This document shows, one piece after another, positions 35,979 to 46,400 of a stretch of DNA of 64,000 bases. The DNA is from Candidatus Omnitrophota bacterium (GTDB lineage: Bacteria > Hinthialibacterota > Hinthialibacteria > Hinthialibacterales > Hinthialibacteraceae), in the NCBI GenBank assembly GCA_040755155.1, contig JBFMBP010000032.1:26828-90827 (forward strand), read 5' to 3'. Below the pieces are notes generated by a model. The model was not told the DNA's origin. It did no database searches and worked only from the letters and a program-made list of their open reading frames with translations. Position 1 is the first letter of the stretch. The number at the start of each line of letters is the position of its first letter. A program made the position numbers and the translations under genes.

Positions 35979-38900
35979 TCATCGTTCAATGAACGAATGC
36001 TCAATGTGCGCTAATGTTTTCAATTCATTCTCGAACTCGCCAAGGAACCGTTCGATCGTTTCGCGCCGGTGAATTTTCCTGTTGTATCCAACATGGAAAA
36101 TAAGGCTGTTATGAAGCGTCATGCCGTCCATTTCCAATAAATGGCGGCGCTCCAATTCCGGGGCGATAGAGGCGGCGTCGAATTCTTCGGCGAGAGTGAA
36201 AACGCCGTTATTTTGAAATAAACCATCCACTCGGCCCATATAATTGAACAAAATATCGGGAGGAGGGAAGAAGCAAATTTCTTTTTCCAACGTTTCCGGC
36301 GTGAGATATTTCAGAACGCCATATCCGATCCCCTTATCGGGAATGGATTGCAGCATCTTCTGGATAAAAATAAGTTGTTCTTCGATATCTTTCTTGATAG
36401 GCAAATCCAGCAAGACGGGATAATGGCTGGTAAACCAACCCACTGTCCGGCTGATATCGAGACCTTTTTCAATCTCTTCCCGTCCATGGCCCGTAAGCGC
36501 AATCCTAAAGCGTTTTCCTGGGCGCCAACGGTTTAAGGCGCGGGCTAAAGCCGTCAACAATATAGCGATCGCGTCCGCGTTTTGGTTGAGACTGGCGGTT
36601 TGTTGCAACCGATCCGCATCATCCAGCGAGAGTTCCAGGCGCATCGATTTCACGTCGCCATAACGATTCTCGCTCTCTGGAAAATCGCGAGGAATCGAGA
36701 CCGCATCCGCCGAATCCACTTCCATCCAGTAAGATTTTTGCGCGAGTAGATCGGTGCGGACGCTATATTGGCGCAGAGCTTCCGACCATTGTTGATAGGA
36801 AGCCGTTTTAACAGGTAGAACCGGAGCAACTCCGTTCATCGCTTGTTTCAAGCTATCCGTCAGGTCTTCGAGGAGAAAACGCCAGGAAACGGCGTCCACG
36901 GCCAGATGATGAACTGTCAGCAAGAGATAATCATTCGTTTTCAATCGATAGAGGACGGATTTCATCAAGGGGCCGGTTTTCAAATCGAATCCATCCTGCA
37001 GGCATGCCGCATGGCGGATCATGGCTTGGGCGCCGTCGTTCTCGCGGCGGAAATCCATGACTGAAAATTGGATGGGAAGCGGGTCGCCGGCCATTTTCTG
37101 AATTACGCCGGAGGGCGTGAAACGGTAGCGCATTCGCAACGCATCGTGATGATTTTGGATCGCTTGCAGGGCGGTTCGCAGCGCCTCTTCCGGCAGACGA
37201 TCTTTCGCCCACAGCCAAACAGTATGATTGAAATGATGGAGGTTGGTAGAGTGTTCCTCGAAGAACCAACGTTGTATGGGAGTCAGTTCAACGATGCCCG
37301 CCGCGGTCTCATGAACGGCGGAGCGTTGGTTATGATTCAGTTTTTTGCATAGCCCCGCGATGGTTTTCCATTCGAACAAATCCCGTAAGGAAAGACGAAT
37401 GCCCGCCTTATGCAGACGGCTGGCAACCTGAATGGCTTTGATGGAATCGCCGCCTAGATCGAAAAAGGAATCGTGAACGCCTACTTTATCCTTTCCTAGC
37501 GCTTCTTGCCAGACTCTGGCGATTTCGATTTCCATTTTCGTTTTCGGAGGAACATAATTGTCGCCGCCGCTTTTCGATTGCGGCGAAGGCAATGATTTTT
37601 TATCGATTTTTCGATTGGGCGTCAGAGGCAATTCGTCCAAGCGAACGATATATTTAGGAACCATGTAAAAGGGCAAGACGCTGAATAAATGGCGGCGCAG
37701 TTCCAAGGAATCGCATTCGTTTCCGGCGGAGAAGTAAGCCGCCAATTCCTGGGTTCCATCTTTTCCCGCCAACGCTATAACCGTTGTTTGTTGCACGCCG
37801 GGATAGGCGCGCAGGCGATTTTCGATTTCCCCAAGTTCGATGCGGCAGCCGTGAATTTTCATTTGATCGTCTTCGCGGCCTAGAAATTCGATGCTTCCGT
37901 CCTCCAGCCAGCGGCCGATATCGCCGGTGCGGTAGAGCCGACCGTCTTCCTGGAAAGGGCTGGGGATGAATTTCTCATCCGTCTGTTCCGGGCGATTCAA
38001 ATAACCGCGCGCCAAACCTGCGCCTGCTAGGCAAATCTCTCCCGGCGCGCCGATGGGAAGCGGTTGGAGCGCGCGATCCAGAATACGGATGCGGGTGTTG
38101 ACTATCGGTTTGCCGATGGGAATGGCGCCGGGAAACGAATCGCCCGGCTTGATTTCCTGGTAGGCGGCGCACACCGTGGCTTCCGTCGGACCGTAGGCGT
38201 TGAAATAACGCAGGTTTTTTGCGTAATGGAGCGCGTCTTCCGCATAAGCCGCCTCGCCCGCCGTAATCATGACGCGCAAGCCGGGGAAATCCGCCTGCTC
38301 CAAAGCGCGAAGATAGGAGGGGGGAAATGTAACCACGGTCGCGCCATGACGCATCATATAAGCTCGCAGCGCATGTCCATCGCGGATGGTCTCTTCGCTC
38401 GCCAAGATCAAAGCGGCGCCCGATAGCAAGGCCATAAATATTTCGGAAAGGGAAGCGTCGAAGGAACAAGAGGCGAATTGCAGAACGCGGTCTTGAGGCG
38501 TTACGCCGAAGCCGCGAATCTGCTCGAGGATCATATTGACAAAGCCGCGATGTTCCACCATCACGCCTTTGGGCGTTCCCGTCGAGCCGGATGTATAGAT
38601 TACGTAAGCGAGATGGCGGCTGGCGCAGAATTTTGAAGGATTCTCGGATGGTCCATCGGCGATGGTTTGGATATTCAATGACAATCCGGGAAGAATGGCT
38701 TCGATTCTCTTGGTTGAGGCGGCGTCCGCAAGCGCAACCCGGCAACCGCAGTCTTGCAGAATGAATTGGATTCGCGCTTCGGGATAGGCGGGATCGATGG
38801 GAGTATAGGCGCCGCCCGCCTTCATGGCGCCCAACAGCGCTGCGATCGCCCAATCGCTTCGTTCCAGAAAGACTCCGATGCGGTCGTCGGGTTGAATGGA

Positions 38901-40457
38901 GTAATGTTGGCGCAAATAATGGGCGATGCGGTTAGCGCGTTCGTTCAATTCGCGATAAGTGAGACGGATTTCCTGAAAGAATACTGCAACATGATCCGGC
39001 GTTTTTTCTGCCTGTTCTTCCCAGAGATCAATCAGCGTCTTTTCTTCGGAGATGGGAACCGTGGGGCTGTTAAAATCATAAAGAATTCGCCGTTTTTCCG
39101 TCTCCGCGAGAATGCCCAGTAGTTTCAGAGGAATGCCGCCGCCGCAAATAACGCCACTGGCGATAGCGCGAAGATGTCCCGCCATGCGCTCAACCTGACG
39201 GCGCGAATAAGCGTTTCCATTGTAATTGAATTTGATTTCTATTTCCGCGCCGGGATGAACCAGAAGGCCGAAATTGTAATGAACTTGTTCGAACGTCCGG
39301 ATGCCTTCCACTTTGAAGCCCAGCCCGGAGTCCTCCGTTATTTCCTGCAGTTTGGAATCGATCGGATAGTTTTCGAAAACTAATAGATGATCAAGCAGTC
39401 CATGCTTGAGGGGCGATTCGGCTTGAATTTCGGCGAAGGGAAAGAAATCGTAAGGAGCGCTTTCCGTCGAAGCGATTTGGATTTGCTTCATCAAATCCAT
39501 GAAAGAAAGATCGTCATGCAATCGGATGCGGACGGGGATCGTATTGATGAACAATCCCACCAATCGCTCGACGCCGTTAACGTCCGCTGGACGTCCAGAA
39601 GCCACGGCTCCGAAGACGACGTCGTCCGCCCCGTTGTAACGGCTAAGCAAAACACCCCAGAGGCATTGCATCGCCGTGTTCAGCGTCGCGCCGTTCTGCG
39701 CCGCCAACCGGTTCAAGGCGGCGCTGGTTTCGGCGTCCAGGCGGAAATCGTATTCTTCAACGGCGTAGCCTTCCTTCCGTTTGGCGGCGTTCGCTCCTAA
39801 TGGAGAGGCGAGAGATTCGTAACCGGATAAATAATCCCGCCAATAGGCGCGCGCCGCTTCCCGATCCCGCGATTCAATCCAATCCAGATATTCGCCACAG
39901 GATACCGGTTCCAGCAGATGGGGAGGCCGGTTTTCTTTCAACGCTTGGTAAATTTCCAAAAATTCCGCTTGCAGAATGCCGCCGGACCAGCCGTCGATCA
40001 AAATATGCGGATGGCTCCAGATCATTTCGTAGAGAGAATCGCCAAGTTGAAGTATGGATATGCGCATAAGGACGTCGTGGCGCAGATCGAAGCCCCGGTT
40101 TCTATCTTCTTCTTTGTAATTTTTTAAAAAATCCTGCTGCGCCTTCGCATCGAGCGAACGTAAGTCTTTATAAGCGAATTCGGCGGATCTCTCTTTGAGA
40201 ATGAGATGGAGAGGTTGGGATGCGCCTTCGTGAACGAAGGCCGATCGCAGAATTTCATGCCGCTCCGACAAGAATTTCCAGGCGGCTTCGCAACGCTTCG
40301 CCTCGAAATCGCCGCGGAGGCGATAGGCGGTCTGTTCGAAATAAGCCCAGGATTTGGGTTCGTAGAGAGCGTGAAAAAGCATCCCCTCCTGCATGGGCAG
40401 CAGGGGATAAATGTTTTGCAGATTTTTTTTGGATACGGCGCCCGGTTGATTACTCAT
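35979..40457 (-). CDS. NRPS, terminal module C-A-T-E (no thioesterase or reductase)
   Basis: 1492 aa. DCL-type C domain (LLPMQEGMLFH..; SHPHILIDGW at 39985-40020). A domain (SGSTGTPKG at 38565-38610; ..NRKIDKKSLP at 37590-37635). T domain ([10 protein letters not shown] at 37428-37460). E domain (HHLAVDAVSW at 36881-36915, TGHGREE, VGWFTS), then stop. The ATG overlaps the upstream stop (ATGAGTAA, 40450-40457). Confidence 0.92.
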   Translation of the reverse strand: MSNQPGAVSKKNLQNIYPLLPMQEGMLFHALYEPKSWAYFEQTAYRLRGDFEAKRCEAAWKFLSERHEILRSAFVHEGASQPLHLILKERSAEFAYKDLRSLDAKAQQDFLKNYKEEDRNRGFDLRHDVLMRISILQLGDSLYEMIWSHPHILIDGWSGGILQAEFLEIYQALKENRPPHLLEPVSCGEYLDWIESRDREAARAYWRDYLSGYESLASPLGANAAKRKEGYAVEEYDFRLDAETSAALNRLAAQNGATLNTAMQCLWGVLLSRYNGADDVVFGAVASGRPADVNGVERLVGLFINTIPVRIRLHDDLSFMDLMKQIQIASTESAPYDFFPFAEIQAESPLKHGLLDHLLVFENYPIDSKLQEITEDSGLGFKVEGIRTFEQVHYNFGLLVHPGAEIEIKFNYNGNAYSRRQVERMAGHLRAIASGVICGGGIPLKLLGILAETEKRRILYDFNSPTVPISEEKTLIDLWEEQAEKTPDHVAVFFQEIRLTYRELNERANRIAHYLRQHYSIQPDDRIGVFLERSDWAIAALLGAMKAGGAYTPIDPAYPEARIQFILQDCGCRVALADAASTKRIEAILPGLSLNIQTIADGPSENPSKFCASRHLAYVIYTSGSTGTPKGVMVEHRGFVNMILEQIRGFGVTPQDRVLQFASCSFDASLSEIFMALLSGAALILASEETIRDGHALRAYMMRHGATVVTFPPSYLRALEQADFPGLRVMITAGEAAYAEDALHYAKNLRYFNAYGPTEATVCAAYQEIKPGDSFPGAIPIGKPIVNTRIRILDRALQPLPIGAPGEICLAGAGLARGYLNRPEQTDEKFIPSPFQEDGRLYRTGDIGRWLEDGSIEFLGREDDQMKIHGCRIELGEIENRLRAYPGVQQTTVIALAGKDGTQELAAYFSAGNECDSLELRRHLFSVLPFYMVPKYIVRLDELPLTPNRKIDKKSLPSPQSKSGGDNYVPPKTKMEIEIARVWQEALGKDKVGVHDSFFDLGGDSIKAIQVASRLHKAGIRLSLRDLFEWKTIAGLCKKLNHNQRSAVHETAAGIVELTPIQRWFFEEHSTNLHHFNHTVWLWAKDRLPEEALRTALQAIQNHHDALRMRYRFTPSGVIQKMAGDPLPIQFSVMDFRRENDGAQAMIRHAACLQDGFDLKTGPLMKSVLYRLKTNDYLLLTVHHLAVDAVSWRFLLEDLTDSLKQAMNGVAPVLPVKTASYQQWSEALRQYSVRTDLLAQKSYWMEVDSADAVSIPRDFPESENRYGDVKSMRLELSLDDADRLQQTASLNQNADAIAILLTALARALNRWRPGKRFRIALTGHGREEIEKGLDISRTVGWFTSHYPVLLDLPIKKDIEEQLIFIQKMLQSIPDKGIGYGVLKYLTPETLEKEICFFPPPDILFNYMGRVDGLFQNNGVFTLAEEFDAASIAPELERRHLLEMDGMTLHNSLIFHVGYNRKIHRRETIERFLGEFENELKTLAHIEHSFIER
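35982..37320 (-). other. Terminal epimerization (E) domain of the last NRPS module (approximate bounds)
   Basis: [11 protein letters not shown].., HHFNH, HHLAVDAVSW, TGHGREE, VGWFTS, FNYMG. It runs to the last residue of the protein. Confidence 0.8.
37590..39080 (-). other. Adenylation domain A4 (approximate bounds), Tyr-like specificity code
   Basis: Manual alignment to GrsA-PheA gives D-A-S-T-I-A-A-V-C-K (FDASLSE, VVTFPPS, MITAGEA, FNAYGPTEATVCA). This is closest to published Tyr-type codes DAST[VI]AAVCK. Confidence 0.6.
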
Positions 40458-43400
40458 CTTGGAAGATGTCCTCGAATTCGTTCAAATCCATCTTGACGCG
40501 CGAAACGTCGCTGGGAGTGATCTCCGCCGTTTGCCGGGATTGGCAATAAGCGACGATTTCATTCAATTCGGCGGCGTAATGTTCGAGAAACTGTTCGATC
40601 GTTTGGCGGCGGTGAATGGCGCGGTTGAACAGAATCGTTATTTCCAATCGATCGTTTTGGATCATACATCCGACATCCAGCAAATGGCTTCGCTCAAGAT
40701 TCTTGCCCGCTACGCTTCCGCATGGTTCTTGGGAGAGAGCGAAAGTTCCGTCTTTTTGCTTTTCGTCGATGCGTCCCAGATAATTGAAGCCGATTTCTCC
40801 ATGGATAAGGAGAGAAGCGCCGCCCAGACGTTCGGGTGGCGTCAGGTAGCGCAACGCGCCATAACCGATGCCTTTATTGGGAATGCGCCGCAGGGTTTCC
40901 TTGATTTCTTTAATTTGGCCGCCAATGTCGTTTTTCCCGCGCAGTTCCAATACGACGGGATATAGGCTGGTAAACCACCCGGCGGTGTGGCTGACATCTA
41001 CGCCTGGGACGGCGGTTTCCCGGCCATGCCCTTCCAGCATAATCAGGCAGCGGTTTCCGCCATGCCAACGCTTCAAGGCGCGGGCCAACGCTGTCAGCAA
41101 AAGGTCGGAGGTTTCCGTTTTGAAGGCATGGTTGGTTTTGGCGAGCCAATCGTTCGTTGCGGCGGAAGATAGCGTCAAACCGACCGTCTCCGAATCGCCG
41201 TAACGGTTAACGCTGATGGGAAAATCTACGGGAATAGGCGCAGTTTCGGCGGCAGCGGTTTTGGTCCAATAGTCCAGTTCCCGCAGCAGGCTTGGCGTTT
41301 CGCTGAATTTCCGCAGCGCTTCGGACCATTGCTTGAACGAGTCCGTCTTCATGGGTAAGCGGATTTCTCGCCCGGCGAGCGTCTGCCGGTAAGCCGTAGC
41401 CAGGTCTTCGAACAACACGCCCCAAGAGACGATGTCCACGACAAGATGATGAATGACGATCAACAGCCGGTCGCCGTCTTTCAAACGGCATAAGGCCGTT
41501 TTCATCAGAGGGCCTTTTTCTAGATTGAGGCTGCGCTGCATCGTCTCGGCGCAAGCGAGAAAATCTCTTTTACCGTCCTTGGCTTTTCGCATGTCGATGG
41601 TTTCGAAGGATAATGGGACGGGAAGCGGGGCGTATTCCTGAACGATCTTGTCATGTTGAATATGGAAACGCATCCGCAGGGCGTCATGATGGTTTTGCAG
41701 CGCTTCCAAAGCCAATTTCAAAGCGGATTCGTCGAAACGATCTTTGGCTTTCAGCAAAGCGGAATGGTTGAAATGATGCAAATCTTTCCGCCTTTCTTCG
41801 AAGAACCAATGTTGAATAGGCGTCAAAGCAACCGCGCCCGCCGCCGCTTCCTGCATGACTTCTTTCTTCGCGGCTCTTGTTTTGCCCGCCAGAGCGGCGA
41901 TCGTCGGCGATTGGAACAAATCCTTCATCTCGAGGGCGACGCCCGCCTGGCGCAAGCGGCTGACAGTTTGAATGGCTTTGATGGAATCGCCGCCGATTTC
42001 GAAAAACCGCTCGTGAATCCCCACGGTTTTTCGGCCTAAGACGTCCTGCCAGATTTTGGCCATAACCGCTTCGGTCTCGTTGCGCGGCGCGGCGTATTCG
42101 GTTTTGGAGCCAAGAGCGAAGGCTTCGGGCGCGGGGAGCGCTTTGCGGTCCACTTTGCCGCTCGGCGACAGCGGCATGGCGTCCAGCTGCGCCCAGCGGG
42201 TGGGAATCATATAATCGGGAAGCGTCTTTGCGAGATAGTCTTTCAACGCGGCGGCGTCCAGTACTTCGCTGGCGGCGATATAGCCGATCAGTTCCTTCGC
42301 TCCGTCCGCCGCATCGCGGACGACGACGGCGGCGCCGTTGATTTTAGGATGTTGCAGCAAATGGTGTTCGATCTCGCCGCATTCGATGCGGAATCCGCGC
42401 ACTTTCACCTGATCGTCGCGGCGTCCCATATAAACCACTTCGCCGCCGGGCAGCCAATAGCCCAGATCGCCCGTGAGATAGAGGCGGCGGCCTGGCTTAA
42501 AGGGATGGGAGATGAAAGCAGACGCCGTCAGGTCGTCGCGGCGGAGATAGCCCCGCGCCAACCCCGCGCCGCCGATGCCGATTTCGCCGGGCACGCCGAT
42601 AGGCGCGGGATTCTTATACTCGTCCAATATAAGAATTTCGAAATTGGATATCGGCTTTCCGATAGGAATGGCGCCGTTGTATATCCGCAGGGCATCCACT
42701 TCGTGCGCCGTGGCGCATACGGTCGATTCCGTCGGTCCATATGCGTTGACGAAGCGCAAGCATTGGGCGAAAGCGAGAGCGTCGTCCACCCGCGCCGCCT
42801 CACCCGCGGAGACCAATAGTCTCAAGGAAGGTAAATCCTCCGCTTTCAACTCGGCGGCGTAGGAGGGCGGCAGCGTGGCGATGGTTACTTGTTTTTCATT
42901 TATATAATCGGCGAAGCGGCGGTAATCGTCGACGCGCTCGCGTCCGGCGACGACCAGACAGGCGCCTTGCAACAACGCCATCAGCATCTCCCAAACGGAA
43001 GCGTCGAACGAAGACGGAGCGAATTGAAGAACGCGATCCTGCGCCGTTACGCCGAGTCCGCTCTTATGCCAGGCGGCCAGGTTGAGCGCACCCGAATGCT
43101 CCAGCATGACGCCTTTGGGCCGCCCTGTGGAGCCTGATGTGTATATGACGTACGCCAGGTTGTCCGCCTTGGCTGCGGAGATGGGATTGGCGGGCGAACC
43201 GTCTTGCAGCGCGCAGATATCAGCGGCGTTCTTGAGCGTTTCGCCAAACATTTTCCGATGCTTCTCGTCCGTCAAAACGACGGAGCATTGGGAATCGGAA
43301 AGCATATAGTCGATGCGGTCGCGGGGATAACTCGGATCAATGGGAAGATAGGCGCCGCCCGCTTTTACGATGCCCAGAAAAACGATGGGCGTCCATTCGC

Positions 43401-46400
43401 TGCGGTCGAGCAGGACGGCGGCGAGCTTGTCGGGACCTATGCCGTAATCTTCGCGCAGGCGATGGGCCAGTTTGTTCGCCCGCTCGTTCAATTCAGCGTA
43501 TGTAAGTTGCGCCTCTTCGCAAATGACCGCCAGCCGGTCCGGCGCGGCGGCGGCGATCTCCTCGAACTGGGCGGCGATAGTTTTCTCTTGCGGGTAAGGA
43601 GCGATGCAGTCGTTGAATTCCGTCAAAACCTGGCGGCGCTCCCATTCCGGAAGAATATTGATTTTGTTGATGGATTGCGAAGGATCGGCGACGGCGTTCT
43701 TCGCTAACTCGGCGAGATGCTGCGCCATGCGTTCCATCCGGCCGCGGTCGAATAGATCGGTATTGTATTCAAGGTTGAGAAGCATTTCGCCGTTATTTTT
43801 TTCTACGAATTCGAAGGAGATGGCGAATTTGCTGACTTGGAATACGTCGATAAAATCGCCGATCTTCACGCCTTCCAATTCGAATTCGCGTTGATTTTTA
43901 TCTTGCAAGATCAACATGACTTCGAAGAGCGGCGGTCGGCTCATATCGCGTTCCAGACCCAGATCGTCCACCAGCCGGTCGAAGGGATAAGCGCGATGCT
44001 CCAAGGCTTCTTCCGCCGTGCGCTTGATTTTCTCGAAGGTTTGCGCGAAGGAATCGCTTCCCTTCAGCCGGTCGCGCAGCGCCAGCGTATTGACGTAGAA
44101 ACCAATTTGATTCTCCAAATCCGCATGATCCCGCCCCGCGATGGGACTGCCGATGATTATGTCTTCCTGTCCCGAATAACGATAGAAGAGCGTTTTCACC
44201 AAGGCCGTCAGCGTCATGAAGAGGCTGCCCCCATGCTCGCGAGCGAAGCGCCGCAGCATCGACGCAAAATCTTTATCCCAAGCGCAAACCACCTTATCGC
44301 CGTTAAAGGTTTGAATCGCCGGACGCGGGCGGTCAGTGGGAAGATTCAACGGCGGCGGTTCGGGAGTAAATTGTTGGCGCCAATATTCGCGATGCGGCTG
44401 TATGGCCTCGCTGGTCAGCAAGGCGTTCTGCCAGGCGGCGTAATCTTTATAGTGGATTTTCAAGGGCGCAAGAGGATTCTCTTCGTTTTTGGCGAAAGCC
44501 TGATATAGCGTCAGCAGTTCGTTCACTATTACGGACGCCGACCAGCCGTCGAAGACGATGTGATGGATGTTAACGAGCAATATATGGCGATGCTCGCCGA
44601 GTTTGACCAGCTTGGCTCGCAGCAACGGCCCGCGCGTCAAATCGAAACGCTGCACCGCGTCTTGGCGCGCCAATTTCTTCGCTTTCTCTTCGGATTGGGA
44701 TTCGCCGCTGACATCGATGAGTTCCACTTGAAAGCCGATATCGTCATGGATAATCTGCCGCGGTTCGCCCGCGATGGAAGCGAAAGTCGTACGCAGCGAT
44801 TCGTGGCGCTTCACGATGGTTTCCAGCGCTTTTCGCAACGCTATAACGTTGAACGATCCTTCTAATAACAGCGCTGTGGGCAGGCTGTAGGCTTCGGAAG
44901 CTACTTCCAATTGACTTAGAATCCACAAGCGCCGCTGGGCGTGAGAAACGGCGTAATCGGGGCGGGGCGGCAGCGGCTCAATAGCGGCGTAATCCCGCTT
45001 CTGCGCCGTCCGAATATATTCCGCCAGCTGACGGATCGTAGAGCGTTCGAAGAAGAGGCGGATGCTGACGTCGACTCCGAAATCGCGGTGGATCCAGGAT
45101 AGGATGCGGATGGCGTTTAATGAGTTGCCGCCGATTTCCAGGAAGGGGGAATTGACGCCCACACGCTCCAATCCTAACGTCTCGCGCCATATCGCCGCCA
45201 ATTTCTCTTCCGTCTCGCCGGCGGGCGGTTCGTAAGCGATGCGGTCGTAAATCAGTTCTTCCGGTTTGGGCAAAGCGCGACGGTCAATCTTGCCGTTCAC
45301 GTTGAGCGGGAAAGCATCCATACGCACGAAGAAACTGGGTATCATCGCGGGCGGCAGGTAATCGCGCAATCGCTCGCGCAGAACGGCGCCGTCGATGGGA
45401 GTTTTTTCCGTGTAGTAGCAAGCGAGCGCTTCCTGGCCGTCCGCGCGTTTGTGGACGGCGGCGAGGGTTTGGTCGATTTCCGGCGAAGCGAGCACGGCGC
45501 GGTCGATCTCCGCCAATTCCACGCGCACTCCGTTGATTTTGACTTGGCGGTCGACGCGCCCGATGAAATCGATGGCGCCATCAGGAAGAAAGCGGCCTAA
45601 ATCGCCGGTGCGGTAAATGATGTCGTCGGGATTGTCCGATAATGGATTATGAACGAAACGCTCCACCGTCATGGCCGGATCACGGAAATAACCCTGGCAG
45701 CGGAAAGGCGGCTGAATGCAGATTTCGCCGATGGCGCCCGCCGCCGCCGTTTTTTTCTCTTTGAGAATAAAAACATTTGCGCCCTGGATCGGCTTGCCGA
45801 TGGGGATGATTTTATTGGGATCGCCGATGGGGCCGTCGAGGCGGTTGAAAATTTTCGCCAGCGTGGTTTCGGACGGTCCGTATAGATTGACGAATTGCGT
45901 TTGATCGCCTAAACACTCCCGCCCGCGCAATACGTCTTTGCCTAACAGCGCTTCTCCCGCCAGAATCACAAAGCGCATGGCGGAGAGGATTTTTTTGCGC
46001 TCGCCGCGCGCTTCGATTTCATTGAGCAGCATACGAAAGATGCTGGGTACGATGTGCATCAGCGAGACTTGTTTTTCGTCCAGCCAGCGCAACAGCAGAG
46101 AAGCGTTTCCCCGCAACTCATGATCGGGAATGCAGACGATTCCGCCGGATAGAAGCGGAACGAAGATATCGCGCAGGCTGACGTCGAACGTCGTCAGCGC
46201 CAGGTTGCTAGCGCGGACGGAAGCGTCGAATCCAAACTCGGAAATCTCCCATTGAATAAAATGGCTTAATCCTTCATGGCTGCTAAGAATGGCTTTCGGT
46301 TCGCCGGTGGAGCCGGAGGTAAAAATGACGTACAGGCTATCGCCGGGAACGGGGCGATCTTCCAGATTTTCGTCCGCTTTGCCGCTCGTAACGGCGGCGC

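Noticed and set aside
37975-38853. 292-aa minus-strand ORF inside the last NRPS gene, and many 60-240-aa ORFs on both strands across 35979-64000
   Set aside because: These are alternative frames of continuous, motif-rich PKS/NRPS reading frames. Their peptides are Arg/Gly/Pro-rich and domain-free.
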